Shown piece by piece: positions 31,605 through 41,350 of a DNA stretch of 64,000 nucleotides (within the stretch, counting starts at the first letter, position 1; the number at the start of each line of letters is the position of its first letter). Both the position numbers and the translations under genes were made by a program. This DNA is from Rebecca billardiae RCC1528 (lineage: Eukaryota; Protista; Haptophyta), in contig OZ251231.1 in the NCBI GenBank assembly GCA_965240325.2, positions 1,674,001-1,738,000 of the forward strand, in the 5' to 3' direction. The notes beneath the pieces are model-generated. The model did no database searches. It worked only from the letters and a program-made list of their open reading frames with translations, and was not told where the DNA came from.

Positions 31605-31885
31605 CCCCCTGCGCGTGCGCGACGGCCGACAGGCGGATGCGACTCGGCGTGATCGACGCACGAGCGCGACTCTTGCACGCCAGGCCACCGGCGGAGGGGC
31701 GGGACCGCGCATTCGACCGTTCGTTCGGGCCTGCCGCTGACCGTCGTCGCCGCGACGCCAGCAGCGCAGGAGTAGATGAGTCTGCAGGTCAGTAGGGTTC
31801 GACCTGCGCGCCTGCGCGACGGCCGACAGGCGGGCGCGAGGCGTGAGCGACGCATGAGCGCGACTCTACGTGCACACCAGGCCCG
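31605..31885 (+). repeat. Two diverged copies of an approximately 80-bp unit
   Basis: TGCGCGACGGCCGACAGGCGG..GGCGTGA..GACGCA.GAGCGCGACTCT at about 31615-31675 and about 31812-31870. Confidence 0.75.
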
Positions 31886-32334
31886 CACGCGGCCTGAGCT
31901 GACTGACCGAGCCAGGGAGCACGGTGCGAGCAGCCATGCAGCACCGGTGCTTGCGCGCGCCGCGCGTGCACGGGGTGACACACCTCGGTCAGGCTCGGCA
32001 CGCGTCGCAGAGGCACGGCCAGCTCTGGGCACGCCAGGCGCCCAGGCCACGCGGAGCTGACAGCCACGGGGAGCCGACGGCGCCGGGGCCGCGGCCAGTT
32101 CGACTTGCGCCTGCTCTGAAGAAGAGTTCTGGGAGACCCTGGCGGAGAGGCATGGCAAGGGGGGCGTGTGGTGAAGTCGGAGACTCAGAGATCGATCAGT
32201 CCGGCATCATGCGCCGCTGCCCCCGAGCTTGCGAGAGCCCGAACACAGGGCGGCGGCTGCGGCGGCGGCGGCGCGGCCGCGCGGCCGGCCGCGCAGGCAT
32301 CGACAGGGCGCGGCAGGGGCGTGCGGAGTGACTA

Positions 32335-32955
32335 GTGAGCGGGCACGAACGCGATGTCGACGGCCGTCGGGACCCGCCGCAGACGCGCGCTCCAGGCGCC
32401 ACTCGGCACTCGCCACGCGCACCTGCCCATCGAGCGCCCCCTAGTGGACCAAGAGTCGTCGCGGCTCGCTCGCCACCCCCGAAGAAACCTGCGCACGTGC
32501 TTGCGACGGCGGCAGGTTTTGAGCTCGCCAGCTCGGTAAGTCAGTGACTATGGAATGGGCTGGCAACGAATAGCTGCGCGGGTATTTTCAATAAGGCTTG
32601 CGGGTTTTAGACTCTAGATACCAACTGACGCCGCGAAGCCAAGTTCATATTCATCAAGGCGGAGGCAAACTATCACACATGAACGAGAGTCTACCCACAA
32701 AATTTACCCAGTCTGGCACACTTGGGCGTGGGTTTCGTTGATTCCTCTGTTCACTATTCAAGACGGCGGACGCGTCCTTTTTCGACGAGGATGCACCTGT
32801 AAGGGAGTCTCAAAATTCGAAACTCGGTCTCCTCCAGCCCTGAAAATCGTCCCCCGTCCCTTTTTTCTTTGATCAAATATCTTTTTGAAACGTGGTTCGG
32901 GCCCGCTGGTGCGGGCTCCACGCTGCGCGCTCCGCCCTGCACCGCGGGCCATTAC
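32335..32955. mobile_element. Fragments of the same TE family as 3757-6607
   Basis: About 32810-32955 matches about 6440-6610 (CGAAACTCGGTCTCC..CCCTGCACCGCGGGCCATTA); 32335-32395 is an inverted match to about 4200-4263. Confidence 0.75.
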
Positions 32956-33108
32956 GGCCGCGTTTCTGTCGAGTTGCTGATGCATATGATGAATGGGCAG
33001 GACTGGCGGATTTATTCGATATTGGTCATTGGTCTATGTCGCGGTGGGCACGCCCGGCCCGGATCGGACGATCGGTCGTCCACGTCTCGTCATCAGCGCC
33101 GCGGCGAC

Positions 33109-34149
33109 ATGATGCACGCGATCGTGTGGATGCACGCCGCCGTGGGCATGGTCTGCCCCGCGGCGAGGGTGCTCGAGACGAGCGGCTTGATGACCCCCAC
33201 GGGGATTGGCGCGCTCGCTGCAGTTCTCGCGCGGCAGCCCGGCTGCGAAGCCGCCGACCCGGCCGAGCGCGCAGGGCTGCATCCGCTGCTGATCCCGCTC
33301 GCGCGCGAGCACGCGTCCGGCACCGTGCGCGGGGTGCTCGTGCAGCCGTACGACACGTCAAGTGGCATGCAGTTTGTGCCCGTTGAGACCGTGGGCATGG
33401 CTCTCCGACCGCTCGCCGCCGACTGCGTCGCCGCGACGAAGCGCGCGCTGATCGAGCTCGATCTCGCGGGCGACGAGATCACCGACGACGCGATCGCGGC
33501 GGCTGGCGCCGAGGGCGTGTCGTACGCGCGCGGCGAGGCGAAGGTGCCGCTCGGCAAGGCGGGCGTGCAGGCAGGACTCGCGGCCTACCTGCTACCCAAG
33601 GTGGGGCCGTTCGCCGACGTGTACCAGCGCCTCGCGCTCTCTCACATCTCGCGCGGCGACGCTGCATCCGCTCTGGTCACGTGCGAGCGCGCACAGCGCG
33701 CCTTCGACGCGTGGGGCTCGCCGTGCGCGTTCCACGCGCGCGTGCTCGAGCAGATGGGCCGCGGCGCGGAGGCGCGCGACGTCGCCCGGCTCGCCCTCAC
33801 CAAGCCGCTGTACACGCTCGCTGAGCACGCCGAGCCGGCAGCGCTGCGCGCGCTGTGCGCGCTTGCCGACTACGGGGCGCCTGAGCCGTCGGCTGGGTGG
33901 TACGAGCGCGTGCGGCTGGCGGAGGGCGGCGGCGAGTCGGCGCGGAAGGTGATGGCGGGCGGGATCTCTGCGCTCAAGCGCCCGGCACTGCCCGAATCGG
34001 AGCTGCAGATGGCGCTGCCATTCCTCAGCAGCGCCGCCGCCCCCAACGACGATGCCGCAGCGGGCAGCTGGGGCGCGGTGCGCGCCGATGTTGCGGCCGC
34101 ACTCGAGCAGGACGGGCTCGGCGCGCTTGCAAGCATCGCGCGTTCGTGA
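33109..34149 (+). CDS. PAB: PROTEIN IN CHLOROPLAST ATPASE BIOGENESIS-like (CF1 assembly chaperone)
   Basis: Motifs GLHPLLIPLA, KVGPFADVYQRLA..H..RGD..SALVTCE, WGSP..FHA..L..MGR..EARDVARLAL..PLYTL match my recollection of the PAB family; short hydrophobic N-terminus. Confidence 0.75.
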   Translation: MMHAIVWMHAAVGMVCPAARVLETSGLMTPTGIGALAAVLARQPGCEAADPAERAGLHPLLIPLAREHASGTVRGVLVQPYDTSSGMQFVPVETVGMALRPLAADCVAATKRALIELDLAGDEITDDAIAAAGAEGVSYARGEAKVPLGKAGVQAGLAAYLLPKVGPFADVYQRLALSHISRGDAASALVTCERAQRAFDAWGSPCAFHARVLEQMGRGAEARDVARLALTKPLYTLAEHAEPAALRALCALADYGAPEPSAGWYERVRLAEGGGESARKVMAGGISALKRPALPESELQMALPFLSSAAAPNDDAAAGSWGAVRADVAAALEQDGLGALASIARS

Positions 34150-34418
34150 GTGAGGCGGGGTGGCGAGCCGCCGTGGCTGTTACCGGGCGACATCGGGGGC
34201 TGGCTGGCTGCTGGGAGTCCATCTGCTGTCAGCTTGCATGTTGTCGTGTACGAGCAGCGGACGCGGTGGGCACGTCGACTGAGCGCCGCCTCACACGCGC
34301 GCGCATATATCATCACATCAGAATGTCGTTGTCACCGAAGATCTATACTGCTACTCATATATATCGTCGTCGTCGTCTGACTACTCGTCGATCTGCTGAG
34401 TATTAGCTAGCGTCTTAA

Positions 34419-35770
34419 CCCCTATTGTGGAACGGACCCCTATTGTGGAACGGCGCCAGTTTTTCCTATGTAGAGCTCGGATGTCGCGGAGGCGATGAGA
34501 TCGGCGGCTACCGCCGTGTGCGCCTGGCCAAGGCGCGTCCAATGAGCCCAAGAACGTCGTCATAGCCCCGCCCCAGCGCCGTCCGCAGCCGATCGTTTGC
34601 TGGAGTCAGAGCTGAGAATCTGGTGTGAAAAAATGGTTTTCGGCTTCTGTAGGCCGAAGCTTGGGCCGGGAGGGCGCGCACGGTATTTTTGGGAGCTCCC
34701 CGAAAGCAGCCCGGGCAGGGAATCAAGCCGGCTTGCCGCTGCCGCACTCGTGGATGGAGCGCGAGTGACACGAATTGGGTCAGGTCAGCATGGCTGATTC
34801 CTGGGTTGGAGGGTCGAGGACGCCCCGCCGCGGCGGGGGGCGGTGCGGCGGCGCGAGCTGACTGGTGGCGATGACGAACGCGTAGCCGAAGGTGCCGGAC
34901 CGTCAGGCGACGCCCAACCCCGCAAAGCAGCTTCATCGCCTGCCGACCGCGCGAGAGCCGCGCCGCACGAAGCGGCTGGGCGCGAGTGGACTACGACCCG
35001 CCGGATGCAGCCATCAGGGACTGTGTGTAGAGTGGGGAGCTGCGTGAGGGCACAGCTGTCGCCGACTTCGGCTCATACGCCGTGACAACGGGCCACGCTC
35101 TGTCGGATGGTGAAGGACCCGACCAGCCCGTCGAGGCCGCTGGGGCTGAAGCCGCGGCTGAGCGGCTGTGACGGTCGAGCAGATGCACACCAACTGGGTC
35201 GCGGAGATAGCGCTACTCGGCTTCGCGCCGACCACGCGGCAGGTCTGCATCGATGCGGCGCTTCTCTTCCTGCGTAGCGGCGCGCCCTTCTCGACGCTCT
35301 CCAGCATGCTATGGAAGCGGTGGTGTCGGCGGCGGCTCAGGCGCCACGCGAAGGCGAGCGAGCGTCGATGACGGACACGCTCGTCGACCGCATCACTCAT
35401 TGTGGAGAGGGTTCGCGCGGGCAAGACGTGCCCCCCGGCGGCTGCGGGGTCGAGGGCGGGTGCCCACACCACCAGCGCGCCGGCGAGCGCCAGTGGGCCG
35501 ACTGCGAACGCTCAGGAGCCAGCAGTGGCACCGTCCTGAGCGAGGAACCAAAATCGTTCCACAATAGGGGTCAGTCGACCCGTCGACGCACCCCGCGGGC
35601 GCGCGCGCGCGCGCGCGCGCGCGCGGGCGAGTTCCGAGCTCCGCACCCTCAGAGGTGTATGGTCCCTTCGGTAGGACCCATGGCCAGTACCTGACACCTT
35701 AAGATCGCTCGCCGAGCCGCACTACCTCGCCCTAGGGGCGGAAACCCCGAAAATCGTTCCACAATAGGGG
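34419..35770. mobile_element. piggyBac-like non-autonomous element (1352 bp)
   Basis: TTAA|CCCCTATTGTGGAACG ... CGTTCCACAATAGGGG|TTAA, with asymmetric subterminal copies of the TIR at 34437-34452 and 35555-35570. Confidence 0.88.
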
Positions 35771-35932
35771 TTAAGACGTTAGCGCTGAAGTCTTGTACTA
35801 TATACTCGCTCTGCTATATATATATATATATAGTTTCTCGGTCCTGACTCCGACGATGCTGAGTCTGAGACTGAGTCAGTACTCTGGACGGACACAGCAT
35901 CGGACTGCATGTCGTATAAGAGCCAGATAGAC

Positions 35933-35936
35933 GAGA

Positions 35937-35979
<43 letters not shown>

Positions 35980-36005
35980 AGAGAGAGAGAGAGAGAGAGA
36001 GAGAG
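35933..36005. repeat. (GA)n microsatellite
   Basis: Directly visible. Confidence 0.97.
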
Positions 36006-36137
36006 TCTGTATATAGCTATAGTATACAGCAGCACGGTCGTACGACATGCTGGCAGCACATGTACACTACCATCACTCATCAGCAGCGGGCGCCGAGACG
36101 ATGATTAGTAGACCGCCAGGCGGATGAGCGAGCAGGA

Positions 36138-38462
36138 TCACCGCCTCCGCCTCCTCGACGCCGCGTCGCGATCAGACTCCAGCAGCGCGACTGGCCGAGG
36201 CGCGGTCGCCGTGGCGGCAGCAGATTGCATCGTCGGAGGCGGCTCGCCCGTGGCAGGCTGCTGCGCGTCGCCGTCCGCCGGGATGGCGCTCGCAGCCGCG
36301 GCCTCGCTGCCGACGTCGACGACGTCAGCCGAGCGTGCGCCGTCACTCCCAGCGGCGTCGCCCACCGCCTCGTCCGCGGCGCCCTCCGGCGCCGCGCCGA
36401 CCTCCACGACCTCGGCCGAGCCCTCGAGCTCCGGCGGCGCGGTGCCAACCAGCCTGCCCGCGTGCTGCCCGTCCAGCTCAGCCTTGTACATGTGGTGCGC
36501 GGCCGCGCCGCGCTCGGCCGCCTCGTGCATGGCGCGCGCGCGCAGCTGCACCTCCATCAGTAGGCCGCCGCGCAGCTCGACGGTGGTGTGCACCGCCTGG
36601 TACCCGTTCCCCTTCGGGCTGCGCACGTAGTCCTTGTACCGGTTCTCCACCGGCCGCCACGAGCGCGATTCGGAGTGGACAACGTCGCGCGCCAAGTAGC
36701 AAATGGAGGCCGCGGCCGCGGCCGTGCTCTCATCGCCGTCGGCAAGAGCCGTGATGGGCGCCCAGGCGGGGCTTGGCGCGGGCGGAGCGGCTGGAGCGGC
36801 CGCGCTCGCACTGCTGCCCAGCGGCTCGCCGGCGGGCTCGCCACCGTCGGCGCGCACCGCGCCATTCCCAGGCGGCGCCGAGGCGGCCGCGCCACCAGCC
36901 GGCTGAATCGGCAGCGGCGCGGCCCGAGGCGCGGCGCGCGGCGCGCGCCGCAGCTCATTGGACCACGCGCGCGGGATGCCCGCCACGGCTTGGCGCGTGC
37001 GGCTCGGCGGCGCGTCGAGCACGACGCGGATGCCGAGCAGGTCGTGCAGCACGAGCGCTTGCCCGTCATCTGGCCCCTCGCCCGCGTCGTCTGCCCGCGC
37101 AGCGCCGCCCGCGGGGTGCGCGGCAGCGCGCGGCTCGCGCGCCGTCCGCTTCCGCAGCAGCTTCTTGAAGACGGAGTTGAGACGCTTCTTGCGCGCGCGC
37201 AGCTCGAAGCGCGCGCCCGCGGGCAGCGCGGCGCGCAGCGCGGCGCGCAGCTCGCACGCCGCCTCCTCCAGCGCGTCGTCGGCGCGCTTGCCCCACGTCG
37301 CCTCGAGCCAGTCCGCCACCGCGCCGTACGCGCGCGGGAAGAGGAGTCGAAGCGAAAGCGCTTCGAGCTCGGCGAGGCCATCGCCGAGCTCGAGCCCGTG
37401 CGCGAGCGGCGCGAGCACCTGCATCGCCTCGAGCGCGAGCGCGAGCTGGCGCGCCTTCGGGTAGCTCGACGCCGCGCGCAGCTCGACCACGCGCCGGGCG
37501 AGCAGGAGCGCCAGCGCGCGCGGGTCTCGGGTCACTCTGAGCAAGTACAGCCGAAGCGAGCGCGCACGCGCGTCGTCGAGCAGGCCTGCGTCGGGCATCG
37601 GGCGCAGCAGCCGGCGGAGGAGCCACTCGTTGCGCAGGATGCGATCCGCCTCGAGCGTGTTCCGGTCGGGCACGAGCGTCGGCCACGTCGGCCGCTCCTC
37701 CGAGACGAGCGTCCCGCCCGTGAGCGCCGCGAGCGCCGTCGGCGCGTCGCAGCCCAGGCCCAGCACCGTCATCGCCGCGGAGACGGCGAAGGAGACGTGA
37801 GACGCCTGCTCGGCGTATGTGCGGCCGGGGCCGATGCTCACGAGCTCGGCGCTCCCGGGCGCCGGCGCCTCGGGCCGCGCCTGTGCCAGCTCACCCTGCT
37901 CCTCCGCCGCCGCCGCCTCCCTGCCGCCCTCGCCGTCGTCCGCGGCCGCCGCGGCGCCGCCCCAGGTGGCCGCGGCCGCAGCGAGCATTGGGCGGCGCGC
38001 GCGCGTCATCGCGCGCTCCGCGTCGCGGCGCTTGAAGCGCGCGAGGTCGGTGAGCAGCCGAGCGAGCGTGTCGCGCAGCAGCGCCTGCTCCTGCTCGGTC
38101 AGGTGCTTCGCCTTCGCCTGCATCACGGTCCACAGGTGCGAGGCTGTCTCCTGCTCACTCTGCCCCATCGGCGCCACGACGCCCATCTCGCCGGCGAGGT
38201 CGGGCGCGAGCGGTGTGGGCGCCGCGGCGAGCGCCGAGCTGGCCACGACGCTCGGTGGCCTCGCGTCGTTCGGCTCGAGCTCGGTCAGCTGCTCCCCGAG
38301 CTCGGCGATCACCTCGTCGCGCGCGACAGGGAGGTAGAGCTGCTCGCGCTGTTGTGCGATCGCGCGCGGCGTCGGGGGCGCCCGCGCCCGCGGCGTCGGG
38401 CGTGGGCCGACGATCGAGCCCGCGGCGAGAAAGAGCACGGCCGCAGCCGACGAGGCGTGCAT
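36138..38462 (-). CDS. RSH: RelA/SpoT homologue ((p)ppGpp synthetase), probably plastid-targeted
   Basis: Synthetase motifs RKKRLNSVFKKL, HDLLGIRVV, RYKDYVRSPKGNGYQAVHT, EVQLRARAMHEAAERGAAAHHMYK; helical region ALEAMQVLAPLAHGLEL..ELEALSLRLLFP; N-terminal signal plus R/P/A-rich transit-like peptide (MHASSAAAVLFLAAG). Confidence 0.9.
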   Translation of the reverse strand: MHASSAAAVLFLAAGSIVGPRPTPRARAPPTPRAIAQQREQLYLPVARDEVIAELGEQLTELEPNDARPPSVVASSALAAAPTPLAPDLAGEMGVVAPMGQSEQETASHLWTVMQAKAKHLTEQEQALLRDTLARLLTDLARFKRRDAERAMTRARRPMLAAAAATWGGAAAAADDGEGGREAAAAEEQGELAQARPEAPAPGSAELVSIGPGRTYAEQASHVSFAVSAAMTVLGLGCDAPTALAALTGGTLVSEERPTWPTLVPDRNTLEADRILRNEWLLRRLLRPMPDAGLLDDARARSLRLYLLRVTRDPRALALLLARRVVELRAASSYPKARQLALALEAMQVLAPLAHGLELGDGLAELEALSLRLLFPRAYGAVADWLEATWGKRADDALEEAACELRAALRAALPAGARFELRARKKRLNSVFKKLLRKRTAREPRAAAHPAGGAARADDAGEGPDDGQALVLHDLLGIRVVLDAPPSRTRQAVAGIPRAWSNELRRAPRAAPRAAPLPIQPAGGAAASAPPGNGAVRADGGEPAGEPLGSSASAAAPAAPPAPSPAWAPITALADGDESTAAAAASICYLARDVVHSESRSWRPVENRYKDYVRSPKGNGYQAVHTTVELRGGLLMEVQLRARAMHEAAERGAAAHHMYKAELDGQHAGRLVGTAPPELEGSAEVVEVGAAPEGAADEAVGDAAGSDGARSADVVDVGSEAAAASAIPADGDAQQPATGEPPPTMQSAAATATAPRPVALLESDRDAASRRRRR

Positions 38463-38747
38463 GGGGAGCGTGCCCGCCCGCCCGCGGGCCACTCTCACGC
38501 CCGCGCCGGCAGGCTGCGGAAGGTGATCGGACCAGCCCCGCCCTTCTCGAACCTCTTGCTCTGCAAGTTGCGCCCTCGTTTTTTTATAATACACACGGCC
38601 CGCCATTTCGTCGTTCGGCGGATGTCGTCTGGTCCGGACGTGGACGCACTGGCTGCACGAATCAACCGGACTCGTCGCGCCCACCGCACAAGGGCGGCTG
38701 CTCACGAGAGGCGGCGGCAGCCACGCACGCGCGTGTGGACCGGAGCG

Positions 38748-40884
38748 ATGGACAAGCCGCTCGCGCAGGTGGTGCGCGACTACATCGCGCGCATCGTGGG
38801 CTCGGTCCCCGGCATGAAGGCGCTCGTGCTCGACGCCGAGACGACCGGCATCGTGAGCCTCGTGTACACGCAGTCGCAGATCCTCCAGCAGGAGGTCTTC
38901 TTGATCGACACGCTGCACGCGCCGCACACCGACCGCATGCCGCACCTAAAGGCGGTGTACTTCGTGCGGCCGACGCCGGACAACGTGCGCCGCATCTGCA
39001 CCGCGCTGCGCGACACGCGGTACGGCGAGTACCACATCTTCTTCACCAACATTGCGCGCGAGAACGTGATCAGCCAGCTCGCAGAGGCGGACGAGCACGA
39101 GGTGGTGCAGCAGGTGCAGGAGATGTACGGCGACTACCTCGCGGTGAACCCCGAGCTCTTCTCGCTCAACGTGCCCTCCGTCGTCGGCCTGCGCGGCACC
39201 AACTTCGACCAGCCGCTCTTCGACCGCGTGTACCAGGGCCTGGTCGCGCTGCTGCTGTCGCTCAAGCTGCGCCCGACCATCCGGTACCAGGCGAACTCGG
39301 ACCTGACGGAGCAGATCGCGCAGAAGGTGGCGAGCACGATCGAGGGCGAGGCCGAGCTCTTCGCCTTCCGCCCGAAGGAGGTGCCCCCGCTCCTGCTCAT
39401 CGTCGACCGGCGCGAGGACGCCGCGACGCCGCTGCTCAACCAGTGGACGTACCAGGCGATGGTGCACGAGCTCATGGGCATCTCCAACTCGCGGGTGGAC
39501 ATGAGCACGGTGCCCGGCGTGAAGGACGAGCTGAAGGAGGTGGTGCTCGCGCCCGAGTCCGACCCGTTCTACGCGCAGAACATGTTCCTCAACTTCGGCG
39601 ACCTCGGCGCGAACGTGAAGGCGATGGTTGACGAGTACCAGGCAAAGACGCACTCGCACCGCAAGATCGACTCGATCGCCGACATGCAGGCGTTCGTCGA
39701 GAACTACCCGGAGTTCCGCAAGATGTCGGGGAACGTGTCGAAGCACGTCGCGCTCATGTCCGAGCTCTCGCGCATCGTCGACGCGCGCCACCTGATGGAG
39801 GTGAGCCAGATCGAGCAGGAGCTCGCGTGCACGGAGGACCACCAGTCCGCCGTGCAGGAGGTCGAGTCGCTGATCGGGAACAAGGCGGTCACGCCGGCGG
39901 ACAAGCTGCGGCTCGTGCTGCTGTACGCGCTGCGGTACGAGAACAACGAGGCGAACGCGCTGCACCGCTTCGTCGACCTGCTGCAGTCCAACGGCGTCTC
40001 GTCCGACCGTCTCAAGCTGCTACCCGCGCTGCTGCAGCAGTGCGGCGCGGGCGCGCGACAGAACGATCTCTTCTCGAACAAGAGCTTCTTCGCGGTGGCG
40101 AAGAAGTCGCTGCAGCGCGGCATCAAGGGCGTGCAGAATGTGTACACGCAGCACCAGCCCTACCTCGCGCAGACGCTCGAGAGCCTCTCGAAAAACAAGC
40201 TCGCGGTGCGCGCGCGCGCGTGTGTCGTGCGCGTGCTCACGTGCGCGCCCACGGCGCACGGCGCGCGGCGGCCTCTCATCCCTGCTGCGCGCGCGCCGCC
40301 TGACACGGCACGGCCTGCGCGCAGGAGTCGCACTACCCGTACGTGGCGAGCTACGGCCAGCTGCCCCAGCCGAACAGGAGTCGGCCGGCACAGGAGGTCA
40401 TCGTGTTCATTGTTGGCGGTACGCGCCACTCGCGCGCTCCCACGAGCGCGAGCGCGCTGCGCTGCCGTGCCGCCGCTCACCGCGCAATCCTCGCGTCCCG
40501 TCGCGCGCGCGCTCGCCCGGCCGCCGCGCAGGCGCGACGTACGAGGAGGCGAGGTACGTGGCCCAGTTCAACGAGCAGAATCGGGCGGCCGTGGCAGCCG
40601 GTGCGTCGAGCAGCGCGGGCGTCACGCAGCCCATGCGCGTCATACTCGGCGGCACGACGGTGCTCGACTCAGCCTCCTTCCTGGCCGACGTCGCGGGCTC
40701 TGGGTCGGGTGGCGGCGCGGCGAGGCGTGAGCCAGCGAGCGCATCGGGCGCGGCTGCGAGCAGCACGGCTGGCGCTGGAGCTGCGGCCGCGGCAGCCGTG
40801 AGCTCCTTCGACCCCCGTCGGCTGGCGCAGCAGATAGGCACGCCGCTGAGCTCGGTCCTCGCCACGTCGACAAAGTCGCTCTGA
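38748..40884 (+). CDS. VPS45: Vacuolar protein sorting-associated protein 45 (Sec1/Munc18 family)
   Basis: Exons 38748-40205, 40325-40418, 40532-40884; motifs PGMKALVLD.ETTGIVS, DRRED..TPLLNQWTYQAMVHEL, SGNVSKHV, NVYTQHQP; splicing gives the canonical IVFIVGGATYEEA. Confidence 0.95.
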
Positions 40885-41350
40885 TGTCTGATGACGACGG
40901 GTCATGCCGATTCACGGTGACAGTGCCCGTCGGTGGCACTGGCAGCGTAAGCGTCGGCGCGTGAACGTCGGTGAACGACACGCGACCGTAACTCTACGTT
41001 ATTACGTAGAGGCTGCCGCGGCATTAAGGAGCGGTGGGGCCGCCGGCGGTGGGGCGGGCGGTCCGGGCGGCCAATCCCGCCATCCCGGTACCGCACCGAC
41101 CGTGACTAAGGCTAAGCAGAGTGACGAGTAAGCCCCGACGCCTCCGCTTCGGGCGCTTCCGCTGCACACGCCGTCGCGCCCCACGCGATCGCCCCACGCG
41201 ATCGCGCACGAAGTGCCGGCAGTTCGGGTTGGATCGTGGTGACTGTTCGCCGAGAGATCATCGAGGCTGCCCAGTACACCCATTTTCAGAGACGAGCTTT
41301 TATAGAGCACAACGCGTCGATCACACCCGCATTGGCTTCGGAATCAGTTT

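Noticed and set aside
35014-35472. Cys/His-containing ORF inside the piggyBac-like element as a transposase remnant
   Set aside because: Only a vague resemblance to a Cys-rich C-terminal domain; no DDD core visible.
36588-38945. Apparent long overlap between the VPS45 and RSH ORFs (likewise TylF/GT-MT and FNTA/GT-MT)
   Set aside because: Family homology begins at internal ATGs (38748 and 38462); the extensions are antisense read-through.
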